Assembly: GCA_036149055.1 (NCBI GenBank)
Contig: JAYZQJ010000004.1
Span: 64,001 to 128,000 of the forward strand
DNA from: Myxococcota bacterium
GTDB taxonomy: Bacteria; Myxococcota_A; Polyangia; Polyangiales; Sandaracinaceae
Length of the DNA: 64,000 bases
Reading direction: 5' to 3'
Every line of letters begins with the position of its first letter. Position 1 is the first letter of the stretch. Shown here piece by piece: positions 19,932-29,979 of this stretch. The translations under genes were made by a program, and so were the position numbers. Below the pieces are notes generated by a model. That model had not been told where the DNA came from, ran no database searches, and saw only the letters and a list, made by a program, of their open reading frames with translations.

Positions 19932-20372
19932 ATGAACTTCTTTTCCGCCATGGAGATCGCCGCCAGCGGCCTGGGCGCCCAGCGCACCCGGATGAACGTG
20001 CTCGCCAGCAACCTCGCGAACGCGCGCACCACGCGCACCGAGGACGGCCAGGGCCCGTACCGCCGCATGGACCCCGTGTTCCGGGCCGTCCCGGTCGCCG
20101 ACCGCTTCGAGGAGCTGCGCGGCGACGCGCACGCCGAGAACGCGTTCGTGGTCGAGGTGCCGGAGATCCGGCAGGACGACTCGCCGCCCCAGCGCATCTA
20201 CGAGCCGAGCCACCCGGACGCCGACGAGGACGGATACGTCGAGATGCCGAACGTCAACGTGGTGGAGGAGATGGTCAACATGATCACCGCCTCTCGCGCG
20301 TACGAGTCCGGCGTGACCGTCATGCAGAGCCTCAAGAGCATGGCCAAGAGCGCCATCAGCATCAGCGGCTGA
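19932..20372 (+). CDS. flgC: Flagellar basal-body rod protein FlgC
   Basis: ASGLGAQRTRMNVLASNLANA; YEPSHPDADEDGYVEMPNVNVVEEMVNMI. ATG at 19932. Confidence 0.95.
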   Translation: MNFFSAMEIAASGLGAQRTRMNVLASNLANARTTRTEDGQGPYRRMDPVFRAVPVADRFEELRGDAHAENAFVVEVPEIRQDDSPPQRIYEPSHPDADEDGYVEMPNVNVVEEMVNMITASRAYESGVTVMQSLKSMAKSAISISG

Positions 20373-20382
20373 GAGAAGAACG

Positions 20383-20751
20383 ATGACCGCCCCGATCAGC
20401 AACGACATGACGAGCTTCGCCGCGACGCTCCAGCGCGCCGACGCCACGGTGCAGACGCGCGAGGCGCGGGCGCCGCAGGCCGACTCGCTGCGGATCGGCG
20501 ACGGAACCCAGACCGTCCAGGCCCCCGAGGGCCCGAGCTTCGGGGAGCGCGTGGAGCAGCTCCTCGAGCAGACCAACCAGGTGCAGGTCAACGCCGAGCA
20601 GGCCGCCGAGTCCTACGCGAACGGCACCCGGAACGACATGCACGGGACGATGATCGCGCTCGAGCAGGCCGACATCAGCTTCCGCCTCGTCAGCAACATT
20701 CGCAGTCGCCTCGTCGACGCCTACCGCGAAGTCATGCGGATGGGAGCCTGA
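20383..20751 (+). CDS. fliE: Flagellar hook-basal body protein FliE
   Basis: MHGTMIALEQADISFRLVSNIRSRLVDAYREVMRM. Confidence 0.9.
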   Translation: MTAPISNDMTSFAATLQRADATVQTREARAPQADSLRIGDGTQTVQAPEGPSFGERVEQLLEQTNQVQVNAEQAAESYANGTRNDMHGTMIALEQADISFRLVSNIRSRLVDAYREVMRMGA

Positions 20752-20754
20752 TCG

Positions 20755-22449
20755 ATGGACCAGGTGAAGGAGCGGCTCAAGGCCCTCGAGGAGAAGTGGA
20801 AGGCGCTGAACGCGCGCGTCCGCATCGGCATCCTGGCCGGCGCCGGCGTGCTCGTGGCGGGCGCCATCCTCTTCTTCGCGCACGGCTCGAGCCCCGACTA
20901 CGGGATCCTCTTCTCGAACCTCTCGCAGGAGGACGCGGCCCGGATCGTCGAGCGCCTCCGCGCGATGAACGTGGACTACGAGCTCGCCGAGGGCGGCGGC
21001 ACCATCCTCGTCCCCGACGCGAGCGTGCACGAGACGCGGCTCACCCTGGCCAACGAGGGGCTCCCGAGCGGCGGCGGCGTGGGCTTCGAGCTCTTCGACA
21101 CCCAGCGCTTCGGCGAGAGCGACTTCTCCGAGCAGGTGCAGTTCCGCCGCGCGCTCGAGGGCGAGCTCGCCCGGACCATCCGCCACCTCGCCGGGGTCGA
21201 GAGCGCCCGCGTGCACCTCGTGCTCCCCGAGCGGCGGCTCTTCACCACCGACGAGAGCGAGGCGAGCGCCTCGGTCGCGCTCCACATGAACCCGGGCTGG
21301 CGCCTCCGCGAGGACCAGGTCCAGGGCGTGCAGCACCTCGTCGCCTCGAGCGTGCAGGGGCTCTCGCCCTCGAACGTCACCGTGGTCGACGGCGACGGTC
21401 GCCCCCTCAGCGAGCAGGGCGGCGGCGCGGGCGAGGGCGTCTCGGACGCCGAGGATCTCCGCCGCCAGATCGAGCAGGGCAAGCAGCGCGCGGTGCAGCA
21501 GCTCCTCGACGCCTCGCTCGGGCCGGGCGTCGCCGTCGTGCGGGTCAGCGCCGAGGTCGACATGTCGCGGGTCGAGGATCTCCAGGAGACCTACGACCCC
21601 GACCGCATCGCGACCCGCAGCTTCGAGGTCACCGAGGAGCGCACGGCGGACGCCGAGGGCGACGCGCAGGGCATCCCGGGCGCCGCCTCGAACCTGCCGG
21701 GCGGGCCCGCCGCCGAGGCGACCGCCGGCGAGAGCGCGGCCGGGCGCCGCCACGAGCGCCGCAACTACGAGGTCACCAAGACGGTGCGCCGCCAGGTGCG
21801 CCCGGTCGGCCGGCTCTCGCGCCTCACCGTCGCGGTGGTCGTCGACGGCACCTGGACCGGCGAGGGCGACGGGCGCAGCTACACCGAGCGCGACGCCGAC
21901 GAGCTCGCGCGCATCCGCTCGCTGGTGGCCACCGCCGCCGGCATCAGCGCCGAGCGCGGCGACGAGGTCACGGTCGAGAACGTGCCCTTCGCCGGCTCGC
22001 AGGACGTGCCCGCCGCGCACCCGAGCGACTTCATCGCCGTCTACGAGCCGTGGCTGCCCTACGCGGCCGGCGCGGCGCTCTTCCTGCTGGCCCTGATCGG
22101 CGGCGTCATCCTCTGGCTGCGACGCAAGCGGAAGAAGAAGGAGCGCGAGCAGGAGGAGAAGCTCCGCGAGCTCGAGGCCCGGGCGGCCGGCCAGGAGGTC
22201 GACTCCGACGACCCCGACGCCCTGCCGGCTCCCACCCCGGTCGCCGAGCTCGGCGCGGGCGAGGAGGACGACTTCGAGGGCTACGAGGGCGACGTCGAGG
22301 CGGTGCTCGCCGACTACGAGCAGCTCCGGGTGCTCGCCCTCGAGGTGGCCCGGCGCGACCCCGAGCTGGCGGCCCGCGTGGTGCGCGGCTGGCTCGCCGA
22401 TGACGTGAAGGCGCAGAAGAAGGACGACGCGTCCAAGGAGGCAGCGTGA
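20755..22449 (+). CDS. fliF: Flagellar MS-ring protein FliF
   Basis: Two TMs; LFSNL, GFELFD, RALEGELARTI, ARVHLVLP, NYEVTKT. Confidence 0.95.
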   Translation: MDQVKERLKALEEKWKALNARVRIGILAGAGVLVAGAILFFAHGSSPDYGILFSNLSQEDAARIVERLRAMNVDYELAEGGGTILVPDASVHETRLTLANEGLPSGGGVGFELFDTQRFGESDFSEQVQFRRALEGELARTIRHLAGVESARVHLVLPERRLFTTDESEASASVALHMNPGWRLREDQVQGVQHLVASSVQGLSPSNVTVVDGDGRPLSEQGGGAGEGVSDAEDLRRQIEQGKQRAVQQLLDASLGPGVAVVRVSAEVDMSRVEDLQETYDPDRIATRSFEVTEERTADAEGDAQGIPGAASNLPGGPAAEATAGESAAGRRHERRNYEVTKTVRRQVRPVGRLSRLTVAVVVDGTWTGEGDGRSYTERDADELARIRSLVATAAGISAERGDEVTVENVPFAGSQDVPAAHPSDFIAVYEPWLPYAAGAALFLLALIGGVILWLRRKRKKKEREQEEKLRELEARAAGQEVDSDDPDALPAPTPVAELGAGEEDDFEGYEGDVEAVLADYEQLRVLALEVARRDPELAARVVRGWLADDVKAQKKDDASKEAA

Positions 22450-23525
22450 CCAACGCAGCGGACGTCGAGGCGAGCGCGGACGAGCTGCTGGCCAAGAACG
22501 GGCTGGCCCGGATCAAGGTCGACCGGAAGGCGCTGAAGCGCCTCAGCGGCGCGGAGAAGGCGCTGCTCTTCCTGGTCAGCCTCGACGAGTCGATCGCGAC
22601 CCGCATCCTCGGCCACCTCGGCGACGACGAGGTCAAGCTCCTGCGCGACTCCTCGTCGGCCATGACCGAGGCCCCGCCGAAGGCGATCAAGGCGGTGCAC
22701 CACGAGTTCCTCGAGCGCGTGCGGCAGGGCATGCCGGCGAGCCTCAAGGGCTCGAGCGCCTACCTCCGCCGCCTCGCGGGCAACGCGCTCGGCGAGGGGC
22801 GCGCGTCGGAGCTCTGGAGCGACAAGCCCAAGAGCGAGGGCGCGGCCGCGCTCGCGAAGCTCGAGACCGGCGTGCTCCAGGCGCTGCTCGACGCGGAGCA
22901 GCCGCAGACGGTGGCCATCGTGCTCTCGCAGCTCCCGGCGGCGAAGGCGTCCGAGATCATCGAGAAGATGGAGGCGAGCCGTCGTCAGGACGTCATGCTT
23001 CGCCTCGCGCAGCTCGAGAGCATCCCCGAGGCGGTGTTCCGCGACATCGAGCAGGCCTTCCAGGTGCACGTCGAGGCGCTCGCCGAGGTGCAGCGCCGCG
23101 AGATCCCCGGCAAGAAGTCGGCGGCCGACATCGTCAAGCGCCTGCCGGCCGAGATCGGCGAGGAGCTGCTCGAGGCGCTCCGCAGCGCGAGCCAGGACGC
23201 GGCCGACGCCATCGAGAAGGCGCTCTTCACCTTCGAGGACCTCTGCCGGGTCGACAGCCGCGGCATGCAGCAGCTCCTCAAGGAGGTCGCGACCGACCAG
23301 CTCACCCTCGCCCTCAAGACGGCGAGCGACGAGCTCAAGGAGAAGGTCTTCGGCAACATCTCGAGCCGCGCGGCGGACCTGCTGCACGAGGAGCTCGAGC
23401 TGATGGGCCCGGTCAAGCTCAGCGACGTGGAGGAGGCCCAGCAGGGCATCATCCAGATCGCGCTCGACCTCGAGAAGGACGGCCGGATCGCCATCGCGCG
23501 CGAGGGCGGGGGCGACTATGTCTGA
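22446..23525 (+). CDS. fliG: Flagellar motor switch protein FliG
   Basis: LSGAEKA, EQPQTVAIVL, FTFEDL, NISSRAA, GPVKLSDVEEAQ. Confidence 0.93.
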   Translation: MTNAADVEASADELLAKNGLARIKVDRKALKRLSGAEKALLFLVSLDESIATRILGHLGDDEVKLLRDSSSAMTEAPPKAIKAVHHEFLERVRQGMPASLKGSSAYLRRLAGNALGEGRASELWSDKPKSEGAAALAKLETGVLQALLDAEQPQTVAIVLSQLPAAKASEIIEKMEASRRQDVMLRLAQLESIPEAVFRDIEQAFQVHVEALAEVQRREIPGKKSAADIVKRLPAEIGEELLEALRSASQDAADAIEKALFTFEDLCRVDSRGMQQLLKEVATDQLTLALKTASDELKEKVFGNISSRAADLLHEELELMGPVKLSDVEEAQQGIIQIALDLEKDGRIAIAREGGGDYV

Positions 23526-23546
23526 GCGCCCTGACGGGAGGCCGGC

Positions 23547-24332
23547 GTGAGCGCGAAGGCCTTCACCTTCCCGGTCGTCGAGCGGAGCGAGGCGAAGCCC
23601 GCGTGGATCGACGCCAGGCCGGCGCCGGTGCGCAAGCTCGCCTTCGCGCACGTGGACGCGGCGCGGCCGGCGGCCCCGGAGGCGCCGAAGAAGCCGGTCT
23701 CGGTCGTGCCGCCGCCGCAGCCGGTCGCGGCGACGCCTCCGCCTCCCCCCGCGGCGCCCGCGCCCGACACCCGGGTGATCCTCGAGCAGCTCGAGGCGGA
23801 GCTCCGCGCGGAGATCGACGTCGAGATGGAGAGGGCGCGCGCCGAGCTGTCGGCGATGCGCGACGCGCTCGAGGCCGAGCGCAAGGATCTCGAGGAGCAG
23901 AAGGCTCGCTTCGTCCAGGGCGCGGTCGAGCTCGCCGCCGCCCGACAGCTCGCGTTCGGCGAGGCGGAGGAGCCCCTCCTCGAGCTCGCCTGCGGGGTGG
24001 CCGAGGCCATCGTGGGCGACGCGCTCGAGCGGCAGTCGGAGCTGTGGACCGCGTTCGCGCGGGCCGCGCTCGAGAGCCTCGACGACGCGAACGGGGCCAA
24101 GCTCCGGGCCGGCGCCGACGCCTACGCCGCGATCCTCGACGCGCTCGGCGCTCCGGAGATCACCTACCGCGGCGTGCGGGTGCCGGTGGTCGTCGACCCG
24201 ACCCTCGACGGGCTCGGCTGCGTGGCCGAGGTCGGCCGCGCGAAGGTCGACGGACGCCTCTCCGAGCGCCTCGAGGCGGTGCGCGACGCGCTGATCCACG
24301 AGCGCCGCCGGGTGAAGGGAGAGTCGGCGTGA
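23547..24332 (+). CDS. fliH: Flagellar assembly protein FliH
   Basis: Lies between fliG and fliI; coiled coil plus DPTLDGLGCVAE...VDGRLSERL C-terminus. Confidence 0.75.
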   Translation: MSAKAFTFPVVERSEAKPAWIDARPAPVRKLAFAHVDAARPAAPEAPKKPVSVVPPPQPVAATPPPPPAAPAPDTRVILEQLEAELRAEIDVEMERARAELSAMRDALEAERKDLEEQKARFVQGAVELAAARQLAFGEAEEPLLELACGVAEAIVGDALERQSELWTAFARAALESLDDANGAKLRAGADAYAAILDALGAPEITYRGVRVPVVVDPTLDGLGCVAEVGRAKVDGRLSERLEAVRDALIHERRRVKGESA

Positions 24333-25642
24333 TCGCCCTCGATCGCTACCTCCCGGTGGCCCGCGAGGCCGCGCGCCCGGCGCTCGACGGCTGGCTCTCC
24401 GAGGCGGTCGGCCTGGTGCTCGAGGCCCAGGGCGTGCGCGCCTCCATCGGCGATCTCTACCGGCTCCGCCCGGTCGACCAGCCCGCCATCGAGGCCGAGG
24501 TGGTCGGGGTGCGCGGAGACCGCACGCTGCTCATGCCGCTCGGCGCCACCGAGGGGCTCGAGGTCGGCACCCCGATCCGCCGCGTCGGCCGCGCGGCCCG
24601 CGCCGAGGTCGGCCCCGGGCTGCTCGGTCGCGTGGTCGACGGCCTCGGCCGCCCGCTCGACGGAGGCCCGACGCCCTCGCTCGACGCCGAGCGCCCGCTC
24701 TACGGCAAGCCGCCGAACCCGCTGCAGCGCCGCCCGATCGAGCAGCAGCTCCCCACCGGCGTCCGCGCCATCGACGGCCTGCTCACCCTGGCCGAGGGCC
24801 AGCGCATCGGGATCTTCGCCGGCGGCGGCGTCGGCAAGTCGACCCTGCTCGGCATGCTGGTGCGCCGGATGCGCGCCGACGTCGCGGTCATCGCGCTGAT
24901 CGGTGAGCGCGGCCGCGAGGTCGAGGAGTTCGTGCACCGCACCCTCGGCGACGAGGGCATGCAGAAGGCGGTCGTGGTCGCCGCGACCAGCGCCGACCCG
25001 CCCCTCGTCCGCGCCCGCGGCGCGCTCTACGCGACCGCGATCGCCGAGCACTTCCGCGACCAGGGCAAGCGCGTCTTGTTGATGATGGACAGCGTCACCC
25101 GCTACGCGATGGCGCTGCGCGAGATCGGCCTCGCGATCGGCGAGCCGCCGACCACCAAGGGCTACACCCCGAGCGTCTTCGCCGCGCTGCCCCGGCTCCT
25201 CGAGCGGGCCGGCACGTCGACCGGCCCCGGCTCGATCACCGGGCTCTACACGGTGCTCGTCGAGGGCGACGACATGAGCGATCCGATCGCGGACGCCGCC
25301 CGCGCGATCCTCGACGGCCACGTGCTGCTCTCGCGCAAGCTCGCCGAGCGCGGTCACTTCCCGGCCATCGACGTGCCGCGCTCGATCTCGCGCTGCATGT
25401 CGGCGGTCACGAGCGAGGAGCGTCAGCGCATGGCCCAGGACGCCCGGGCCCTGCTCGCCGCCCACGCCGAGGCCGAGGACCTGGTCGCGATCGGCGCCTA
25501 CCAGGCCGGCTCGGTGCCGCGCCTCGATCGCGCGCTCGCGCGCATGCCGGCCCTCGAATCTTTCCTCAAGCAGCCGTTCTCCGAAGACGCGGGGGACTCC
25601 ATCGACGAGGCCCTCCGCGCCATCTGGGAGGAGCCGCAGTGA
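24329..25642 (+). CDS. fliI: Flagellar export ATPase FliI
   Basis: GIFAGGGVGKST, ALIGERGREV, DSVTRYAMALREIG, VLVEGDD, LDGHVLLSR. GTG at 24329. Confidence 0.95.
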   Translation: MIALDRYLPVAREAARPALDGWLSEAVGLVLEAQGVRASIGDLYRLRPVDQPAIEAEVVGVRGDRTLLMPLGATEGLEVGTPIRRVGRAARAEVGPGLLGRVVDGLGRPLDGGPTPSLDAERPLYGKPPNPLQRRPIEQQLPTGVRAIDGLLTLAEGQRIGIFAGGGVGKSTLLGMLVRRMRADVAVIALIGERGREVEEFVHRTLGDEGMQKAVVVAATSADPPLVRARGALYATAIAEHFRDQGKRVLLMMDSVTRYAMALREIGLAIGEPPTTKGYTPSVFAALPRLLERAGTSTGPGSITGLYTVLVEGDDMSDPIADAARAILDGHVLLSRKLAERGHFPAIDVPRSISRCMSAVTSEERQRMAQDARALLAAHAEAEDLVAIGAYQAGSVPRLDRALARMPALESFLKQPFSEDAGDSIDEALRAIWEEPQ

Positions 25643-26073
25643 CCGAACGCCACCGCCTGACCCGCATCATCCGCCTCAAGGAGCGCATCCGGGACGCCCG
25701 CCGCGGCGCCCTCGCCCAGGCGGAGGCCGAGCGCCACGCCGCCTCCGAGCGGGTGGAGCAGGCCGAGGCCCAGGTGGTCGCGCTGGTGCGCGGCTACTGC
25801 GAGGCGGGGACCTTCGACGCCCGCGAGCTCCTGCACCGGGCGAGCCTGGTGGAGTCCGCCCGCGAGCACCGCGCGGCGATGCAGGCCCGCCTCACGGAGG
25901 TCGAGGCCGAGCGGGCGCGCTGCGCCGCGGCGCTGGCCGAGGCCGGCCGCGACGTGCGGAGCCTCGAGGTCCTCGAGGGCCGCCTCCTCGCCGAGGAGAA
26001 GCGCGAGGCCGGCCGACGCGAGCAGGCGATGCTCGACGAGCGTGGCGCCCGCTACCAGCGGAGGGCCGGATGA
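25639..26073 (+). CDS. fliJ: Flagellar export protein FliJ
   Basis: Coiled coil after fliI with C-terminal EQAMLDE. Confidence 0.8.
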   Translation: MTERHRLTRIIRLKERIRDARRGALAQAEAERHAASERVEQAEAQVVALVRGYCEAGTFDARELLHRASLVESAREHRAAMQARLTEVEAERARCAAALAEAGRDVRSLEVLEGRLLAEEKREAGRREQAMLDERGARYQRRAG

Positions 26074-27248
26074 AGGTCGAGCCCCGCAGCGCCCCCGAGC
26101 CGCGCCGGAAGCGCGCCACGAGCGAGGACCCGAGCGGCTTCTCGATGTCCCTCGCCGCCACCCTCGCCGCGCAGCAGCGCCCCCTCGAGCGGGTCGAGAC
26201 GATCAAGCCGCGAGGCCACGACGCCGGCGCCCGCGAGCGCGTGACCGAGCCCGCCCCCGCGCGCCCGATCGTGCTCGACGGCCCCGTCACCGTCACCCGC
26301 GGCGCCCCCGCGGTGCCCCCCGCCCAGGTCGCCGCCGCGATGGAAGGCGACGCCCCCGAGCTCCCCCCCGGCGCCGCCGCTCCCCAGCCCCCGGCCACCC
26401 AGGCCGACCCCGGCACCACGCCCGAGACCGCCCCCGAAGCCGCCGCCGGCCCCGCTGCCGCTCCCGGCCCCGCTGCCGCTTCCGGCCCCGCTGCCGCCGC
26501 CGCCCCCGCTGCCGGCCCCGAAGCCGCAGCCGCTGCCGCTGCCGCGCCCGAAGCCGCTGCCGGCTCCGAAGCCGCCGCCGCTGCCGCCCCCGCTGCCGCT
26601 GCCGCTGCCGCCCCCGAAGCCGCTGCCGAGACCGCGGCCGCTGCCGAGACCGAAGCCGCTGCCGAAGCCGAAGCCGAAGCCGAGGCCGAAGCCGAAGCCG
26701 AGGCCGCCGGCGAAGCCGACTCCTCCGACCTGCCCCGCTCCGGCGGAGACGGCGCCTCCAGCGACGACACCCCCGGCGACGGCGGCGCCGACCACGCCGC
26801 CCGCCTCCGCGCCACCCAGGTCACCGCCCCCGACCTCGCGCGCCCCACCTTCACCCTCGACCGCCCCGGCGACTCCCCCGAGGTCGAGGTCCCGCTGCCC
26901 CCGCCGACCAGCGACGAGGAGGCCGAGGCCTTCCAGCACGTCCGCTGGAGCGTGCTGAAGAACGCCGCCGGCGCGGAGCGCGCGCGGGTCCGGGTCGAGC
27001 ACCCGACCCTCGGCACGCTGCGCCTCGAGTTCGCCCTCGACGACGACGGCCTCGACGTGCGCGTGCTCGCCCCGAGCCTCGTCGCCGCGCTGCGGCTCGA
27101 GAAGGACGAGGACCGCATCCGCGGCCTCCTCCGCGAGCACGGCACCCGGCTCGCCAAGCTGCGCGTCGCGCTCGAGGAGCGCCGAGACGCCCGACCCCTT
27201 TCGCGCCCGCGCCCCAGCGCGCCCGGGCGCCTGTCCACGGAGGCCTGA
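26070..27248 (+). CDS. fliK: Hook-length control protein FliK with Ala/Pro/Glu low-complexity tract
   Basis: Sits before flgD; C-terminal ARVRVEHPTLGTLRLEF...LLREHG domain. Confidence 0.75.
   Translation: MKVEPRSAPEPRRKRATSEDPSGFSMSLAATLAAQQRPLERVETIKPRGHDAGARERVTEPAPARPIVLDGPVTVTRGAPAVPPAQVAAAMEGDAPELPPGAAAPQPPATQADPGTTPETAPEAAAGPAAAPGPAAASGPAAAAAPAAGPEAAAAAAAAPEAAAGSEAAAAAAPAAAAAAAPEAAAETAAAAETEAAAEAEAEAEAEAEAEAAGEADSSDLPRSGGDGASSDDTPGDGGADHAARLRATQVTAPDLARPTFTLDRPGDSPEVEVPLPPPTSDEEAEAFQHVRWSVLKNAAGAERARVRVEHPTLGTLRLEFALDDDGLDVRVLAPSLVAALRLEKDEDRIRGLLREHGTRLAKLRVALEERRDARPLSRPRPSAPGRLSTEA
26425..26716. repeat. In-frame low-complexity repeat inside fliK
   Basis: CCGGCCCCGCTGCCG at 26446/26464/26482 (18-bp period), followed by (GCCGAR)n. 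Confidence 0.8.
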
Positions 27249-27253
27249 GAGAG

Positions 27254-28069
27254 ATGGAGATCGATTCCACCCGCAGCGGCGCGAACGCGCTCGGAGGCAA
27301 CGGCGTCGGCGAAGCGAGCACCGACTTCGACCGCGACGCCTTCATGCAGCTCCTCGTGACGCAGATCCGCAATCAGGACCCGATGGATCCGATGGACACG
27401 CGCGACATGATGGCCCAGCTCACCCAGCTGACCTCGGTCGAGCATCTCATCGGCATCGAGCAAGGCGTGCAGACGCTCGGCGTCGCCTCCGCCTCGATCG
27501 CCAACGCGCAGGTCGCCGGCTTCGTCGGCAAGACGGTCACCGCCGACGCCAGCTCCCTCCGCCTCGAGGAGGCGGGCAGCGCCGCGGGCGCCTTCGAGCT
27601 CGACGGCCGCGCCTCGAACGTCACGGTGACCATCCGCGACGAGGAGGGCCGCGTCGTGCGCACGATGGAGCTCGAGGGTGACCGCTTCGCCGGCACCCAC
27701 CGCTACGAGTGGGACGGCGTGGACGACTCGGGCACCCGCCTGCCGGAGGGTCGCTACCGCGTCGAGGTCTCGGCCACCGACGGCGAGGGTCAGCCGGTCG
27801 GCGCCGACACCGAGGTCCGCGGCACGGTCACCGGCGTCAGCTACGAGCACGGCTACCCGGAGCTCATCCTCGACGGCGAGCACAAGATCCTCATGGGCGA
27901 CGTGCGCCGCGTCGACGACGGCCCCGGCGGCGGCGCGGGCGCCACGCGAGAGCGCTCCGGCGCGAGCGGGACGAGCACCGCGCCCTCCACCGCGCCCGGG
28001 AGCCTCCCCGAGCTCGAGAACCCCAGCCTCATCGACCCTTCCGTCGCGCTCTCTTCCTACACGCGCTGA
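27254..28069 (+). CDS. flgD: Flagellar hook capping protein FlgD
   Basis: FMQLLVTQIRNQDPMDPMD...AQLTQLTSVE; WDGVDDSG. ATG at 27254. Confidence 0.93.
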   Translation: MEIDSTRSGANALGGNGVGEASTDFDRDAFMQLLVTQIRNQDPMDPMDTRDMMAQLTQLTSVEHLIGIEQGVQTLGVASASIANAQVAGFVGKTVTADASSLRLEEAGSAAGAFELDGRASNVTVTIRDEEGRVVRTMELEGDRFAGTHRYEWDGVDDSGTRLPEGRYRVEVSATDGEGQPVGADTEVRGTVTGVSYEHGYPELILDGEHKILMGDVRRVDDGPGGGAGATRERSGASGTSTAPSTAPGSLPELENPSLIDPSVALSSYTR

Positions 28070-28093
28070 CGCCCCGACCCTGGAGAGATAGCC

Positions 28094-29392
28094 ATGACCA
28101 TCATGAAGTCCCTGAACACCGCCTCCTCGGGCATCCGCAGCCACAGCGAGGCGCTCTCGGTCGTCGGCGACAACATCGCCAACGTGAACACGGTCGGATA
28201 CAAGCGCTCGCGCGCGAACTTCCAGGACATGCTCGGGCGCAGCATCGCCGGCTCGAGCGCGATGCCGCAGGCCGGCGCCGGCAGCCGCGTGGGCAGCATC
28301 CAGCAGATGTGGGCGCAGGGCGCCTTGCTCACCACCGACTCGCCGACCGACCTCGCGCTCAACGGCTCCGGGTTCTTCGTCGTCAGCGGCAACGTCGGCG
28401 GCGTCGACGGCAGCTTCTACACGCGGGCCGGCCAGTACACGCTCGACAGCGAGGGTTACCTCGTCAACCAGGACGGCCTGCGCCTGCAGGGCTACCCGGC
28501 CGACGACACCGGCGCGCTGAGCGGCACGCTCGGAGACCTGCAGGTCGAGCAGGGCACCATCGGGGCCAACGCCACCACGAGCGTCGACGTCGGCGCGAAC
28601 CTCGACGCCGAGACCGCGGTGCGGACCGACGCCTGGGATCCCACCGACCCGGCCGGCACGAGTGACTTCTCCTCGAACGTCACCGTGTACGACTCGCTCG
28701 GCAACGCGCACGAGGTGACCGTCTACTATCGCAAGACCGGCGCGAACAGCTGGGAGTGGCACGCGATGGCGGACGGCGCCGAAGTCACCGGCGGCACCCC
28801 GGGCACGCCCTTCGAGGGCGCGAGCGGCACCCTGACCTTCACCACCGACGGCCAGCTCGACACCGAGACCACCAGCGCCTCGAGCTGGGACTTCGTCGAC
28901 GCGACCCCCGGCCAGGCGGTCACCTTCGACTTCGGCGACTCGATCACCACCGACTCGGGCACCGGCATGAGCGGGACCACCCAGTACGCCTCGCCCTCCA
29001 CCAACACCGGCATCAGCCAGGACGGCTACGGCGCCGGCGAGGTCGCGGGCATCTCGATCGGGCAGGACGGAACCATCGAGGGGGTGTTCACCAACGGCCA
29101 GCGCCGGGTCCTCGGGCAGGTCGCGGTCGCGGACTTCGCGAGCGTCGACGGCCTCGAGCGGGCCGGGCAGGGCCTCTGGGTCGAGACCCAGGCCAGCGGC
29201 GAGGCGGTGGTCGGCGCGGCCGGCACCGGCGGGCGCGGCGCGGTGGTGGCGGGGGCCCTCGAGGGCAGCAACGTCGACCTCGCGCGCGAGTTCGTCGACC
29301 TCATCGCCTACCAGCGCGGGTTCTCCGCCAACAGCCGCATCGTCAGCACCGCCGACGAGATGTACACGGAGCTGGTCAACCTGAAGCGGTGA
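28094..29392 (+). CDS. flgE: Flagellar hook protein FlgE
   Basis: GDNIANVNTVGYK, DLALNGSGFF, YTRAG, VYDSLG, LEGSNVDLAREF. Confidence 0.95.
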   Translation: MTIMKSLNTASSGIRSHSEALSVVGDNIANVNTVGYKRSRANFQDMLGRSIAGSSAMPQAGAGSRVGSIQQMWAQGALLTTDSPTDLALNGSGFFVVSGNVGGVDGSFYTRAGQYTLDSEGYLVNQDGLRLQGYPADDTGALSGTLGDLQVEQGTIGANATTSVDVGANLDAETAVRTDAWDPTDPAGTSDFSSNVTVYDSLGNAHEVTVYYRKTGANSWEWHAMADGAEVTGGTPGTPFEGASGTLTFTTDGQLDTETTSASSWDFVDATPGQAVTFDFGDSITTDSGTGMSGTTQYASPSTNTGISQDGYGAGEVAGISIGQDGTIEGVFTNGQRRVLGQVAVADFASVDGLERAGQGLWVETQASGEAVVGAAGTGGRGAVVAGALEGSNVDLAREFVDLIAYQRGFSANSRIVSTADEMYTELVNLKR

Positions 29393-29448
29393 TCACGACC
29401 GCCATTCGTGGACTTTTCCTTCTTCACCGGAAGCGTTAACGTGGCCCG

Positions 29449-29979
29449 GTGCGGCGGAGAAGAGCAGGGTTCACGCTGGTGGAGCTGATGTCGGTGGTCA
29501 CGATCGTCGGCATCCTCGCCGCGCTCGCCATCCCGAGCTTCGTCAGCTACTCGCGGCGGGCTCGGACCAGCGAGGCGACGACGATGCTCGGCGACCTCTA
29601 CCACCACGCGGCGAGCTACTACGTCGCCGAGTACCCGCCCGGGCGCTCGGCGCCGCAGACCTTCTCGGGCTGCGTGGTGGACTCGGCCGGCCCGCTGCCC
29701 GCCGTCCCCCGCGGCGTCGCCGCCTACCCGGACTGGGAGTCGGATCCCAGCTTCAGCGGGCTCGGCTTCGCGAGCGGCGGGGCGCTCCGCTACGGCTACG
29801 AGATCGTCTCGGTCGGAGGCTGCCGGCACGGGGCCGGCGAGGCCCTCTACAGCTTCCGCGCGATCGGCGACCTCGACGGCGACGGCGCGACCAGCCTCTT
29901 CGAGGTCGCGGCCGGCTCGAACTCGGACAACGTGCTGATGCGCACGCCCGGGCACTACGTCGAGTCGGCGCTCGAGTAG
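29449..29979 (+). CDS. Type IV pilin (PilA-like)
   Basis: Class III signal RRRRAG|FTLVELMSVVTIVGILAALAIP; C-terminal AIGDLDGDG. Confidence 0.88.
   Translation: MRRRRAGFTLVELMSVVTIVGILAALAIPSFVSYSRRARTSEATTMLGDLYHHAASYYVAEYPPGRSAPQTFSGCVVDSAGPLPAVPRGVAAYPDWESDPSFSGLGFASGGALRYGYEIVSVGGCRHGAGEALYSFRAIGDLDGDGATSLFEVAAGSNSDNVLMRTPGHYVESALE

Noticed and set aside
29393..29420. Intrinsic terminator after flgE
   Set aside because: The stem is only 5-6 bp (CACGA/TCGTG) with an offset T-tract, too weak to call.
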